A stretch of DNA of 64,000 nt from Diplonema japonicum. Its lineage: Eukaryota; Protista; Euglenozoa: Diplonemea. The stretch spans positions 186,001 to 250,000 of the forward strand of contig OZ025700.1 of NCBI GenBank assembly GCA_964019335.1. The letters run 5' to 3'. Positions 10,647-22,870 of the stretch are shown in pieces. Made by a program: the position numbers and the translations under genes. Numbering within the stretch: position 1 is the first letter of the stretch; the number at the start of each line of letters is the position of its first letter. Below the pieces are notes generated by a model. It was given only the letters and a program-made list of their open reading frames with translations, was not told the DNA's origin and did no database searches.

Positions 10647-12611
10647 TCACTGTTGAACCTTGCTCCTACTCCTGTAAATCAAATACTGCCAAGTAAGAAG
10701 CCTCAGCAGCACGGTGTAGCCGATGAGCACAGCGAAGGTCCGAGTTAGCGAAGCGTTCGTGATTCCTATTTCGTCAAGTACCTGGTTCCCGTTGGTAATG
10801 GTGACGTTTGGAGAGCTAGCGTTCACATCGAGAACACGGTCCTCAAACTCCGCAAGCATGGCACCCTCGAACGACCACTTCACAAAGGAGCAGTGCTGAA
10901 GCCATTCCAGCCAGATTGGGATGTCCTGCACGAAGAACCCAGCAAGCAACATGAACGGAATGAAAACCAAAGGCCCTGCAAGCATCGCAAGATCCAGCGA
11001 CGGGGCTATCGCGGAGATCAACAACCCAAACGACTGTGCCACCAACGACGTCCACACAACAATCGCCGCAAGCGTCCAGAACGCCTCTGCCGTGTCCCTC
11101 AACCCGATCATCCAGTACGGGATCGCAACGAAAATAGTTGGAAAGAGCATCATGAATGGAAGCTCGACAAACGTTTTCGTCAAAAAGTAAGCTGAAATGC
11201 TGTACAGCGACGCTTGCGTCTCACGCAGTACCAAACCCATCTCAACGGGGAAGGCGTGCAGCACACCCATAAGCTGGACCATCGACTGGTTCACCATCAA
11301 GAAGAATATCGCGCCCTGCTTCGCACGCACGCCGAGCGTGTCGTCGTCCTGATTGAAGAATATATTCCCAGAGAGCAACCCCAAGACCACCGCCTGCACC
11401 AGACGCGCCTTCGACAGCGCAGGGTTCCGGATGATGTTCTTCACAATCCTGCTACCCAGTACCGCCACCTGCTTCCAGAAGCCCACAGCATACCCTGAAT
11501 ACTCTTCCTCGTCGTGTGCTGTTTGAAGGTCTTCAATCGCCTTGGAGTCCATCAAAGACGGGGTGTCAGGAGGGGAGTTGTCCTCAGGGAGGTACGGTGT
11601 CACATCCATCTTCGCCCATTCATCCGCCGCCATCACCGAGAACGCCTTCCCCGATGCAGCGTTGTTCCTTAAAGAAGCTGCCCTGCCCGTAACTCCTGTC
11701 CTGAGAAGCTTCATGTAGAAGTCAGGTGGGTTGCTGTAGGTTGGGCAGGTGTACCCAATGTGTTGGAAGTATTCCATTGATTTGTCTGCGGCCCCGCAGT
11801 ACACCACACGGCCCATTGCAAGGAGGAGGAGTTGAGTGAAGTTATTAAAAATATCGGATGATGGTTGATGGATGGTGCAGATAACAGTGCGTCCTGCCTC
11901 TGCAAGGTCGGATAAGATGTCGATCACAGACTCTGCTGTGAAGGAGTCGAGGCCTGTTGTGGGCTCGTCGAGAAGCAGGATGTCAGGGTCGGGGATCAGA
12001 ACAAGACCGATCGCCACCCTCTTCCTCTCCCCTCCGGAGATCCCACGACCACCGACAACGTTCGACCCTATCATGCTGTCAGCAACATCGCACAAGCCAA
12101 GCTCGGCAATTATGTCATCCACACGATTGGTGCGTTCCTCCGTAGTGGTGGCCACAGGGAGTTGTAGATCAGCAGCGAAGGTGAGTGCCTCCCTGACTGT
12201 CTGGGTGGGCATGAGCTTGTCGTCCTGCATGACGTAGCCAAGACGCCTCTGCATGGGGATCGTGCGGTAGTCCTTCCCATTCACCTTCACCATCCCCTCG
12301 CTCGGTGTGATCCTGTTCGCAAGCACGTTCAGCATCGTTGTCTTCCCTGCACCGGTCGCTCCCATGATGGCGGTGAGGGATCTCGGCGGGATCGTGAGGT
12401 TGATGTCACGAAGAATGGTCTTGGTTGTGTGTGCCTTGCCCCCATCAGGGTCGGGGATCGTCACGTCGTACACCACATTCTCCACAGAGACCCTCTGGCG
12501 CTCCCTCATGGACTTCTGGAGGGCAAAGCCCTTCCCGCTGGGAGAATCGGAACCATTAAGGGGCGCAGGCGGCTCCTCGTTGATAGGCTCGTTCTGAATA
12601 GTATCGTTCAT
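10647..12611 (-). CDS. ABCG half transporter, copy 2
   Basis: Same Walker A, signature and Walker B motifs and membrane domain as copy 1. Confidence 0.95.
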   Translation of the reverse strand: MNDTIQNEPINEEPPAPLNGSDSPSGKGFALQKSMRERQRVSVENVVYDVTIPDPDGGKAHTTKTILRDINLTIPPRSLTAIMGATGAGKTTMLNVLANRITPSEGMVKVNGKDYRTIPMQRRLGYVMQDDKLMPTQTVREALTFAADLQLPVATTTEERTNRVDDIIAELGLCDVADSMIGSNVVGGRGISGGERKRVAIGLVLIPDPDILLLDEPTTGLDSFTAESVIDILSDLAEAGRTVICTIHQPSSDIFNNFTQLLLLAMGRVVYCGAADKSMEYFQHIGYTCPTYSNPPDFYMKLLRTGVTGRAASLRNNAASGKAFSVMAADEWAKMDVTPYLPEDNSPPDTPSLMDSKAIEDLQTAHDEEEYSGYAVGFWKQVAVLGSRIVKNIIRNPALSKARLVQAVVLGLLSGNIFFNQDDDTLGVRAKQGAIFFLMVNQSMVQLMGVLHAFPVEMGLVLRETQASLYSISAYFLTKTFVELPFMMLFPTIFVAIPYWMIGLRDTAEAFWTLAAIVVWTSLVAQSFGLLISAIAPSLDLAMLAGPLVFIPFMLLAGFFVQDIPIWLEWLQHCSFVKWSFEGAMLAEFEDRVLDVNASSPNVTITNGNQVLDEIGITNASLTRTFAVLIGYTVLLRLLTWQYLIYRSRSKVQQ

Positions 12612-13257
12612 TTCTCGATAACCTTTAAGGTGATGTTAGAACAGTGCAGCAAAGGTTTAAAAAAAAAATGTCTAAACAAGGGAGGTATGTGTAATATTAA
12701 AAAAAGAAAATGGGGAGGGCAGTAGTAGTTCCCTTCTTTCGACAGACTGAATATCAAAGATTGGAGGCAGGCGAAAAAAATAAAAATAGAAGGGAAAAAA
12801 AAAAAATAGAAGAAAAAAAAATCAGAAAGAGTATCTCTTTTTTTTCCTCCTTTTATTTATTCTTTTTTTTCCCCCCAAAATTTCGCGGAAAGGAAGGGGA
12901 GGGAGGGAGGGAGGGAGGGGGAGCATAGATTCATAGTTCGAATGTTTTCTTTGCTTGCTAACTCCCTCAATGCAGTACGGAAAGGAAAACAAACCAGCCA
13001 AGCTGACTTGATTGAGCATAGAAGAAGAAAAGACAGTAGGCAAATCCCCTGAGGATGGCCTCTATTTAAAAACGAGAAGGGGGGGGGGGGGGGAAGTTTT
13101 ATAGATAGACTAGAGCAATTCTATGAAAATATAGATTAAAAAAAGAAAAGAAAATGCTTTAATTCGATACTTAGCAAATTGTTTATGTCACAGAAATAAG
13201 TTCAAGTGGGTATGCAAACCCACGAACAAGAAGCTGAACAGGACCCTTGCTAAAAAC

Positions 13258-13261
<4 letters not shown>

Positions 13262-13336
<75 letters not shown>
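13262..13336. repeat. (GA)n microsatellite
   Basis: About 75 nt of uninterrupted AG dinucleotide repeat. Confidence 0.95.
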
Positions 13337-13340
<4 letters not shown>

Positions 13341-13939
13341 CAGAGCAAAAAAGAGACAAAAAAAGAATTCCCTATGATGGGGGGAAAAGTGTTTAGCAAC
13401 CCATCAAGGAGTTATTTGCATGCACCCTACGGCCCATGTAACAAATGAATTTATAAAAATAAAAAAAATAAGAAATAAAGAAGAGGAATTTTTAATATTT
13501 TTTCCACCCCCAGGAGAAACTATTTCGGGCTTTCCCCCCCCGTTTATTTGGCTCATTTGTATGTCAATATTTCAACCCCCGTATATAGTGAAAATAACAT
13601 GCAAGCACCCTGAGACGAAAGCCGCATGCCTAAAAAGGGGTGGGGGTATGGTCAGTACTTGTATCTCTTTAAAAAAAAAAATCTATGAGTCCATATGCAT
13701 CCCGAGTTTCCTGAAAACAAAAAAAAAGGCCCAAATAGTAAGTATTATATCCTTTCGTCATTTTTGAGTTCACCCACCACGTGCTCTCATGCTCGCGTGC
13801 AAAAATGTGTTGATTTTTTTTTTCTTCTTTTTCTAGTTGCCATATTATGGCCACAACAACAGACCCCCACAAACAACACCCGAGATAATGAGGCCCTCCT
13901 AGTGAAGTGAACAAAAAAAAAAAAAAAAAAAATTGATAA

Positions 13940-15183
13940 ATTTCGGTGTGCGGGTGGGTGCTCACCGTTCAGGGAGAAATTCACACTAATCTCACCGTTC
14001 TGCGGTTGCTGTCTGGTGCCTGCGGTGGCTGTTTGTCGCGATGAGATGGACGGCATCTGGGCGAGAAACATTGCTTGGAGTCGTGCTAGGTAGGGGGCGG
14101 TTTGGCTCGAGGAGAAGAGTGGTCTCCTGTCGTAGCCGTGTGTCGTCGGGCCCCCAAGATGTCGAAGGGTGTGTACCCTTGTCTTTGCGTTGGCGGGGAA
14201 AGCATTCTTCCCACTCTTTGCTGTGCATTTCTGAATACGTCCTAAGATGTATCGCATCCTTCCAGCCTTCTCTGTGAGCCAGTCCTGGTCGTCGAGGGGT
14301 CCAGCCAAGGACTGCCGGGTGGCCATAGTCTACTGCGAGCTCCATCGTCGTGACGGACGTCAACTTCCTGCCTGCGTACCATCTTAGGCTTTTCAGCCAC
14401 CTGAGGACGCTCTTCATGTAGAACATTAGGACCTTTCCCGACGCTCCGTTCGATTTCAACAGCTCCACTGTGGGCACAGTGTGCTGCTTCCCCGTTGTGA
14501 TCTCATCCCACGGGTTGGTGGTGAGGATTCTGGTGCTCCGTTCAGCCGCTCTGGCGTCTCGTCTTGTCACGACATCCAACAGGTATCGTTGCACGACTGC
14601 CGCCTGTTGCTTCGCAGCCCCCGTTGCGCCCCTTGGAATGATCCCGTGGAGGGCGGTCACTGCAGGTAGGTCACTTCGTGTCATCCCGCCATATCTTTCG
14701 TTTGTCAGGGCAGCTCTCGCTGGTGCACATTCCCATAGGGCGTGCTCCGTGACTTCTGTCGTCGTCTGGCATCGATGGTCGCAGACGTCGCACGCAAGAG
14801 ACGAGCTTTCCACACCCTCACGTTCATCCAATTGCTTCCCCCACACTCGAGGGTGTACCGTGAACACTGCACCGCTGATGATCCGCCGCAGTCTGTACGA
14901 TATCAGCGGTCTCCGTGACTGGAGCTTCCTCCACCAGGCGTTCGTGGACGGACATGCACCCGCTTCCATTCCAGCAAAAGACGACCTGCCGTGGATCAAT
15001 TCCTTTGCAACAGCCGGTCTGATCGCCTGTCTTACTTCATGGCGTCTCGCACTGGGCACCAGAGCGCGCAAACCTTCAATGAAGGACCACCCCTTGTTCA
15101 GAGGGTAGCCACCTCTTCAGCAAGACCCCTAGCGGCCCCCTCTCCTCGTCGTCCTCTCGCTCCCGGTACAGTGTAACAATCTC
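13940..15183 (-). mobile_element. 5'-truncated, frameshifted non-LTR retrotransposon remnant (C-terminal zinc-knuckle region)
   Basis: GC-rich island between A-tracts. CDVC...TEHALWEC zinc-binding motif typical of the region after RT in LINE ORF2. Apparent frameshifts near 15100 and 14328 (ELAVDY continues as MATRQSL...HTLRHLGGPTTHGYDRRPLF). Confidence 0.75.
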
Positions 15184-15311
15184 AAAAAAAAAAAAACAAT
15201 ATGGCGAAGGACTAAAAAAAAAAACTTTTTCTTTTTCCATTTAGCACACCTCGGTGTGAGGATTATGAATCTTAGATTGTGAATCTTATATTTTTACCTT
15301 CCACAACAAAA

Positions 15312-17264
15312 TTACTGTTGAACTTTGCTCTTACTCCTCCACACCAAATACCGCCAAGTAAGAAGCCGCAGCACCACTGTATAACAAACCAACACAGTGA
15401 AAGTCTGCGCAAGAGAAGCAGAGGACACACCAAGCTCCTCAAGAACACCATTGCCTGTAACATGCGTGAAATTCTGTGAGGTGGTGTTGACATCAAGAAC
15501 ACGGTCCTCAAACTCCACCAGCATCGCGCCTTCAAAGGACCACTTAGCAAAGGAGCAGTGCTGAAGCCACTCCAACCATATGGGGACGTCCTGCACGAAG
15601 AACCCAGCAAGCAACAAGCACGTGACGAAGATAAGCTGGCCGAACATTACAGCAGCGTCCAGCGTTGGGGCCATTGCGGAGATCAACAACCCGAACGACT
15701 GTGCCACCAACGACGTCCAAACAAGGATCGCCGCAATCGTCCAGAACGCCTCCGCACTGTCCCTCAACCCGATCATCCAGTACGGGACGGTCATGAACAG
15801 CACAGGGAAGACCAACAGAAACGGAAGCTCGACAAACGTTTTCGTCAAAAAGTACGCCGACATACTGTACAGCGACGCTTGCGTCTCACGCAGTACCAAA
15901 CCCATCTCAACGGGGAATGTGTGCAGCACACCCCACATGGGAAGCATCGACTGGTTCACTATCATGAAGTACAGGCCTCCCTGCTTCCCGCGCACGCCAA
16001 GCGTCTCGTCGTTCTGGTCGAAGAAGACACTTCCTAACAGCAGCCCAAGCACAACAGACTGCAGTGCCCGTGCTTTTGAATGTGTCGGGTTGCGTGCTAC
16101 GTTCCTCCATGTCCTGCCCGACAGTGCTGAGAGCTGCCTCCCGAACCCTACCGCGTAGCCGGAGTACTCCTTTAGGTCATGCGCCATCTGTAGTTCCTCA
16201 ACCTCCTTGGTGTCCGTCCCGAACGGCGTGCAAGGAGGGGAGTCGTCCGTAGGAAGGTACGGTGTCATATCCATTTTCGCCCACTCGCTGGCAGCCATTT
16301 CCGAGAATGCGTTCCCCGCAGTAGCGTGTTCCTTGAGTGTGGTGGCCTCATCGGTGCTGACACCTGTCCTGAGAAGCTTCATGTAGAAGTCAGGTGGGTT
16401 GCTGTATGTTGGGCAGGTGTACCCAATGTGTTGGAAGTATTCCACTGATTTGTCTGCGGCCCCGCAGTACACCACACGGCCCGTTGCAAGGAGGAGGAGT
16501 TGAGTGAACTTCTTGAAAATATGAGACGATGGTTGATGGATGGTGCAGATAACAGTGCGTCCTGCCTCTGCAAGGTCGGATAAGATGTCGATCACAGACT
16601 CTGCTGTGTACGAGTCGAGGCCTGTTGTGGGCTCGTCGAGAAGCAGGATGTCAGGGTCGGGGATCAGAACAAGACCGATCGCCACCCTCTTCCTCTCCCC
16701 TCCGGAGATCCCACGGCCACCGACAACGTCTGACCCGATCATGCTGTCAGCTACCATCTGAAGACCGAGCTCAGCGATGGTGTTGTCCACACGCTTGGTG
16801 CGTTCCTCCACAGTAGTTGTCACAGGGAGTTGTAGATCAGCAGCGAAGGTGAGTGCCTCCCTGACTGTCTGGGTGGGCATGAGCTTGTCGTCCTGCATGA
16901 CGTAGCCAAGACGCCTCTGCATGGGGATCGTGCGGTAGTCCTTCCCATTCACCTTCACTATCCCCTCGCTCGGTGTGATCCTGTTCGCAAGCACGTTCAG
17001 CATCGTTGTCTTTCCTGCACCGGTCGCTCCCATGATGGCGGTGAGGGATCTCGGCGGGATCGTGAAGTTGATGTCCTTGAGGATCATCTTTGAGCAGATT
17101 GCCTTGCCCCCATCAGGGTCGGGGATCGTCACCTCGTAGCCAACAGTCTCCACAGAGACCCTCTGGTGCTCTCTCATGGACTTCCGGCGAGCGATGCTTC
17201 TGGCGCTGGTGGCGGGGGTGATGGTTGGCGCTTCTTCGTCGATGGGTTCATTGTTCAAAGTCAT
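15312..17264 (-). CDS. ABCG half transporter, copy 3
   Basis: Same motifs; ATG at 17264 (MTLNNEPI) matches the paralogue N-termini. Confidence 0.95.
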   Translation of the reverse strand: MTLNNEPIDEEAPTITPATSARSIARRKSMREHQRVSVETVGYEVTIPDPDGGKAICSKMILKDINFTIPPRSLTAIMGATGAGKTTMLNVLANRITPSEGIVKVNGKDYRTIPMQRRLGYVMQDDKLMPTQTVREALTFAADLQLPVTTTVEERTKRVDNTIAELGLQMVADSMIGSDVVGGRGISGGERKRVAIGLVLIPDPDILLLDEPTTGLDSYTAESVIDILSDLAEAGRTVICTIHQPSSHIFKKFTQLLLLATGRVVYCGAADKSVEYFQHIGYTCPTYSNPPDFYMKLLRTGVSTDEATTLKEHATAGNAFSEMAASEWAKMDMTPYLPTDDSPPCTPFGTDTKEVEELQMAHDLKEYSGYAVGFGRQLSALSGRTWRNVARNPTHSKARALQSVVLGLLLGSVFFDQNDETLGVRGKQGGLYFMIVNQSMLPMWGVLHTFPVEMGLVLRETQASLYSMSAYFLTKTFVELPFLLVFPVLFMTVPYWMIGLRDSAEAFWTIAAILVWTSLVAQSFGLLISAMAPTLDAAVMFGQLIFVTCLLLAGFFVQDVPIWLEWLQHCSFAKWSFEGAMLVEFEDRVLDVNTTSQNFTHVTGNGVLEELGVSSASLAQTFTVLVCYTVVLRLLTWRYLVWRSKSKVQQ

Positions 17265-17894
17265 TTTAGTAACCTGTTGAAGGTGTTGGGTCAAGGATTA
17301 AAAAAAAAAAAAGACCCTCTGTTCTTGAAAGCGGCGGGGACATTCATATTTCTTTCAGCGGGAATTTCCCATACAGTTGCGAAGTAAGACACCCCCACCC
17401 CCCTTTTTTTTTGTCCTTCAGTAGTTCAAAAGAGAAAAAAAAAAGGGTCGGGAGAGTTGACCGTTGGTACGGAACGCTTTCTTCCATTTCATTCATTCTT
17501 TTAAGAGAGGGAAGGAGGAAAAAAAAAAAAAAAAGAAGGAAAAAAAAAAAAAAAAAAAAAAACTAAGAGGAATGGTTATGATTGCTTCAATGGAAAGCAA
17601 AAAAAGAAAAAAAAGAAAAAGATGAAGAAGCTAAACTATCTGCGACAACAACAAGAAGAAAAAAATATATCGCCATCCTCTAGTGGAGTGAGGAGGTATC
17701 ATAATTTAACTTTTCAGCAACCTAGCTCGTACTAGTGCATACAGCTACGGGGTCTAACGGTCTTATGAAGGCAAGAAAAGAAAGAGGAAGAGCTGGCGAT
17801 TTCTTGTGTTTTATGCAAAGTCAGATTAAGCCCAAACAATGCAAGCAACCAAGGAAGAGAGAAAAGTGTTAACGCAGGCAGATTAAGGGGAGGA

Positions 17895-17928
<34 letters not shown>

Positions 17929-18291
17929 AAGCTAGAATTTCTGGTGGTAGAGTGGACGAAAAAAAAAAAAAAAAAAAAAAAAAAAAGAAGAAAGCAGGAC
18001 TAGAACGGTATTTCCCTTTATCTAGCGCCTCATGTTCTTCTTCCTGCAGCGTGATGGTGCTGCATCGTTCTTCAAAAAAAAAGGGGGGGCGGAGGAGAGC
18101 GGGCCTTTAAAAAAAAAGGGGGGGGAAGAAAAAGAATATATCTCTCTCTTCGTTCCCTTCTCTCCAAGCCCCACTTTTTTTTTATCATTTGTTTTCCCGC
18201 CTTTTTCCCACACCCGCTGTCCCGTATTTGACAATGAATCGCTGAATACGGCCGGGGGGGGAGAGGGAAAAAAAAAAAAAAAAAAAAAGAT

Positions 18292-20229
18292 TTACTGCTG
18301 GATTTTATTCTTACTCCTTTTAAGCAGGACAAGCCAGGTAAGAAACCTCAGACCCACAATGTACCCCAATTCCACGAACAAAACTTGGGGCAGTGTGCTA
18401 TCGACGCTGAGTTCCTCAAGAACATCATTGCCATTGACATAAGTGACATTGGGGTCCGAGGCGTTTACATCTAAGACACGGTCCTCGAACTCGACCAACA
18501 GCGAGGCTTCGTAAGACCACTTCACAAACGAGATGTCCTGGAACCACTCAAGCCAAGACGCCATGTCTGGGTTAAAAAACCCTGCAACCAGCATCATCGG
18601 GAGAAAGATCAACGGACCCAACAACATAGCCACGTCCACAGACGGCGATGCTGCTGATATTAAGGTTCCAAAGGACTGCGCCAGAATAGCTGTGCAGATG
18701 AGGTACCCTGCTTGCGTCCAGAATGCGTCGGCGGTGTCGTTGAAACCAACCATCCAGTAGCTGATGCTCAAGAAAAGCGTTGGGAAGAACAGAAGAAACG
18801 GGATTTCTGTCGCGGTTTTTGCGAGGAACTGAGCTGTGATGCTGTACAGCGATGCTTGCGACTCCCTCAGAACCAAATCGAGCTCAACAGGCATGGTGTG
18901 CAGTACGCCCATCATAGGGAGCATTGCTTGTGTCATCGACAAGAACAGCAGTGCTGCTTGCTTCGAGAACACGCCTTGTTCCTCGTCGTCAAGATCCCAG
19001 AACACCGCACCCAGCAGCAGGCCCTGCACGATCGTTTGCGCGAGCCTCCCTGTTCCGGATGTAGGGCTTCGCAGCATGTTTGTCATGTTTCTTTTCGCTA
19101 GCGTGGCGAACTGCCTCTTGAACCCCACCGCGTAGCCGGAGTACTCTTCCATGTCATGAGCGATGCGTTGCTGTTCCTCTGTGGACCCCTGAACCGTCGG
19201 GGTGTCAGGAGGGGAGTTGTCAACAGCAAGGTATGGTGTCGAATCCTGCTTTTCCCACTGGCCCGCCGCCATCTCCGAGAACGCCTGGCCCGCTGTGAGG
19301 TTCTCCCTCAACGACGCCGCTTCATACCCAGCACCCGTTCTGAGAAGCTTCATGTAGAAGTCAGGTGGGTTGCTGTACTCCGGACACGGGAAGCCGATCT
19401 GCGTAAAGTATTCCATTGACTTGTCTGCGGCCCCGCAGTACACCACACGGCCCATTGCAAGGAGGAGGAGTTGAGTGAACCTGTTGAATATATGCGATGA
19501 TGGTTGATGGATGGTGCAGATAACAGTGCGTCCTGCCTCTGCAAGCTCTCCCAAGGTGTCGATCACAGATTCTGCTGTGAAGGAGTCGAGGCCTGTTGTG
19601 GGCTCGTCGAGAAGCAGGATGTCAGGGTCGGGGATCAGAACAAGACCGATCGCCACCCTCTTCCTCTCCCCTCCGGAGATCCCACGGCCACCGACAGCGT
19701 CTGACCCGATCATGCTGTCAGCAACACCTACAAGGCCGAGTTCCTTGATAACATCGTTAACACGCTGGGCACGTTCTTCCACAGTGGTGGACTCAGGGAG
19801 TTGTAGATCAGCAGCGAAGGTGAAGGTCTCCCTGACTGTCTGGGTGTTCATGAGTCGGTCCTCCTGCATGACGTAGCCAAGACGCCTCTGCATGGGGATC
19901 GTGCGGTAGTCCTTCCCATTCACCTTCACCATCCCCTCGCTCGGTGTGATCCTGTTCGCAAGCACGTTCAGCATCGTTGTCTTCCCTGCACCGGTCGCTC
20001 CCATGATGGCAATCAGCGACTTAGGAGGTATCGTGAAATCAATATCTTTGAGGAGCGTCCTTGAGCAGATTGCCTTGCCCCCATCAGGGTCGGGGATCGT
20101 CACGTCGTACACCACATTCTCCACAGAGACCCTCTGCAGCTCCCTTGAGGACCTCTGTATGGCAAGACCTCTGCTGCTGGTGCTCATGATGCTTTGTTCA
20201 TCATTAATGGGTTCGTTGGTCTTGCTCAT
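18292..20229 (-). CDS. ABCG half transporter, copy 4
   Basis: Same motifs; ATG at 20229 (MSKTNEPI). Confidence 0.95.
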   Translation of the reverse strand: MSKTNEPINDEQSIMSTSSRGLAIQRSSRELQRVSVENVVYDVTIPDPDGGKAICSRTLLKDIDFTIPPKSLIAIMGATGAGKTTMLNVLANRITPSEGMVKVNGKDYRTIPMQRRLGYVMQEDRLMNTQTVRETFTFAADLQLPESTTVEERAQRVNDVIKELGLVGVADSMIGSDAVGGRGISGGERKRVAIGLVLIPDPDILLLDEPTTGLDSFTAESVIDTLGELAEAGRTVICTIHQPSSHIFNRFTQLLLLAMGRVVYCGAADKSMEYFTQIGFPCPEYSNPPDFYMKLLRTGAGYEAASLRENLTAGQAFSEMAAGQWEKQDSTPYLAVDNSPPDTPTVQGSTEEQQRIAHDMEEYSGYAVGFKRQFATLAKRNMTNMLRSPTSGTGRLAQTIVQGLLLGAVFWDLDDEEQGVFSKQAALLFLSMTQAMLPMMGVLHTMPVELDLVLRESQASLYSITAQFLAKTATEIPFLLFFPTLFLSISYWMVGFNDTADAFWTQAGYLICTAILAQSFGTLISAASPSVDVAMLLGPLIFLPMMLVAGFFNPDMASWLEWFQDISFVKWSYEASLLVEFEDRVLDVNASDPNVTYVNGNDVLEELSVDSTLPQVLFVELGYIVGLRFLTWLVLLKRSKNKIQQ

Positions 20230-20660
20230 TTTTTTTTCCAATTTTTTTTTTTTTCAAAGCTTTGTTAGAGTTGACAAAGCAAACAAGAATGAGGACAATG
20301 AAGAATAAGACAAAAGGAAAAAAGAAATATAAGAGTTGTCATGAACAAAGCAGAGAGGGAAAGCAGGAATATAACGAGAGGGGGAAGAAGAAAGGGGGGG
20401 AAAAAAAGGGGGCAGATTGAACATGCCTGATTTAAAAAAAAAAAAGAAAAAAACAAAAACAAAAAAAAAACAAAAAAGAAAGTGCTTGCCAACTATGGGA
20501 CAAAGAAAGAAGAATAAAAAAAAAGAAATATCGGTTTCTTGTTTTTTTTTTTCTTTTTTTTCTTTCTTCTTTTTTTTTTCCCCACCTTTCTTTTTTTCTT
20601 TTCTTTGTTTATGTTCTGAAGGGGAGTAAGAAGAAAAAAAAAAAAAGCGGACTGGAAAAA

Positions 20661-20807
20661 GAAAATCCCCGCAAGAAATTGACCAGCGATGGGCATCGGA
20701 ACTTGGCATAAACTAGCTGCGGGGGGCAAGGAGGCAGTAAGGAAGAGGATACATAAAATCGTCGTATGAAGGCTGTTAGGTGTCTTTCAAATAAGAAGAA
20801 GAGGAAT
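20661..20807. repeat. 147-bp intergenic block identical to 23246-23392
   Basis: Base-by-base comparison shows no differences. Confidence 0.9.
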
Positions 20808-20902
20808 AAACAAGAAATAAAAAAAAAAAAAAGGCAGTGGTACACCTTTTTTTTTTTTTTTCCACCAATAAAAAAAAAAAAAAAAAAAAAAATACATCGA
20901 AC

Positions 20903-22870
20903 TCATTGCTGAACCGAACGTTTGCTCTTGTGGAGCAAAACACCCCATGTAAGGAGGCGCAATCCGACCGCCCACCCAATGAGGATAAGAAACGACTTCA
21001 ATATGGTAGCATCACCCATCCCAATACTATCAATGTACTCGTCCCCGGTCGTAAATGTTACACTTGGATCGCTCACATTGACACTAAGCGTACGGTCCTC
21101 AAATTCATTAACAACCAACGCTTCAAGCGCCCAACGCATGTAAGACACCTCTTCGAGCCATGACAGCCAAACAGGTATGTCCTGCACATAAAACCCAGAA
21201 ACAAGCATGAAAGGAAGGAAAATCAACGGCCCGAGAAGCACCGCAATGTCAATATTAGGCGATGCCGCGGAGATGAACAACCCAAGCGATTGCGAGACAA
21301 AGCATGTTGTAACCAACACCGCCGCTGCTACCCAGAACGCCTCTGCCGAGTCCCTCAACCCAAGCATCCAGTACGGGATGGCCAACATCAACGACGGGAA
21401 AAACATGATAAATGGGATCTCGATCAGCGTTTTCGCAATGAAATGAGCTGTTACGCTGTACAGCGACGCTTGGGTCTCACGGAAAACGACATCAAGCTCA
21501 GCCGTAAAGGTGTGGATGACGGACATAGTTGGGAGGATTGTCTGGTTCACAACGAAAAACAGGAGCACACCTTGTTTCGAGAACACCCCTTGTGTATCGT
21601 CGTCTAGATCAAAGAACACAAGCCCGAGTAATAAACCCATGACTATCGACTGCGCCGCACGTGCCCTGGACAGAGCAGGGTTTCGCAGCAGGTTATTCCA
21701 AGTTCGCATTGACAGTGTTAGCAATTGCTTCCCGAACCCCACTGCGTAGCCGGAGTACTCTTTTAGATCATGCTCCTTTTGCATGTCCTGTATCTCCTTT
21801 GAATCCTTCCCAGCAGGGGTGTCAGGAGGGGAGTTGTCCTCAGGGAGGTACGGTGTTACGTCCATCTTCGCCCATTCATCCGCCGCCATCTCCGAAAAAG
21901 CGCTTCCCGTACCGATGATGTTTCTTAGAGACGCCACGCCGTCTTCCATTGCACCTGTTCGGAGAAGCTTCATGTAGAAGTCTGTTGGGTTTGTGTAGTC
22001 CGGACAAGTGTACCCAATGTGTTGGAAGTATTCCATTGATTTGTCTGCTGCGCCACTGTACACCACACGGCCCATTGCAAGGAGGAGGAGTTGAGTGAAC
22101 CTGTAAAAAATATCGGATGATGGTTGATGGATGGTGCAGATAACAGTGCGTCCTGCCTCTGCAAGGTTCGACAAGGTGTCGATAACGGCCTCTGCTGTGA
22201 AGGAGTCGAGGCCTGTTGTGGGCTCGTCGAGAAGCAGGATGTCAGGGTCGGGGATCAGAACAAGACCGATCGCCACCCTCTTCCTCTCCCCTCCGGAGAT
22301 CCCACGGCCGCCCAGTGCGTTCGACCCGATCATCTGATCCGCAATGGAGGTCAAGCCAAGCTCCTCGAGGATGTCATCCACACGCTGAACACGTTCCTCC
22401 GTAGTGGTGGACTCAGGGAGTTGTAGATCAGCAGCGAAGGTGAGTGCCTCCCTGACTGTCTGGGTGGGCATGAGCTTGTCGTCCTGCATGACGTAGCCAA
22501 GACGCCTCTGCATGGGGATCGTGCGGTAGTCCTTCCCATTCACCCTCACCATCCCCTCGCTCGGTGTGATCCTGTTCGCAAGCACGTTCAGCATCGTTGT
22601 CTTCCCTGCACCGGTCGAGCCCATGATGGCGGTGAGGGATCTCGGCGGGATCGTGAAGTTGATGTCCTTGAGGAGGGTTCTTGTGGTGAACACCTTCGAG
22701 TTGTCAGGGTCGGGGATCGTCACGTCGTACACCACCTTCTCCACAGAGACCCTCTGGCGCTCCCTCATGGACTTCTGGAGGGCAAGGTTCTTTCCGCTTG
22801 AGCTGCCATTCGCAGGGCTCCTGGGAGGCGTGGTGCCTGCGTCATCGTTGATGGGCTCGTTCTGAAGCAT
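20903..22870 (-). CDS. ABCG half transporter, copy 5
   Basis: Walker A GSTGAGKT, ISGGERKR, LLLDEPT, membrane domain. Confidence 0.95.
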   Translation of the reverse strand: MLQNEPINDDAGTTPPRSPANGSSSGKNLALQKSMRERQRVSVEKVVYDVTIPDPDNSKVFTTRTLLKDINFTIPPRSLTAIMGSTGAGKTTMLNVLANRITPSEGMVRVNGKDYRTIPMQRRLGYVMQDDKLMPTQTVREALTFAADLQLPESTTTEERVQRVDDILEELGLTSIADQMIGSNALGGRGISGGERKRVAIGLVLIPDPDILLLDEPTTGLDSFTAEAVIDTLSNLAEAGRTVICTIHQPSSDIFYRFTQLLLLAMGRVVYSGAADKSMEYFQHIGYTCPDYTNPTDFYMKLLRTGAMEDGVASLRNIIGTGSAFSEMAADEWAKMDVTPYLPEDNSPPDTPAGKDSKEIQDMQKEHDLKEYSGYAVGFGKQLLTLSMRTWNNLLRNPALSRARAAQSIVMGLLLGLVFFDLDDDTQGVFSKQGVLLFFVVNQTILPTMSVIHTFTAELDVVFRETQASLYSVTAHFIAKTLIEIPFIMFFPSLMLAIPYWMLGLRDSAEAFWVAAAVLVTTCFVSQSLGLFISAASPNIDIAVLLGPLIFLPFMLVSGFYVQDIPVWLSWLEEVSYMRWALEALVVNEFEDRTLSVNVSDPSVTFTTGDEYIDSIGMGDATILKSFLILIGWAVGLRLLTWGVLLHKSKRSVQQ

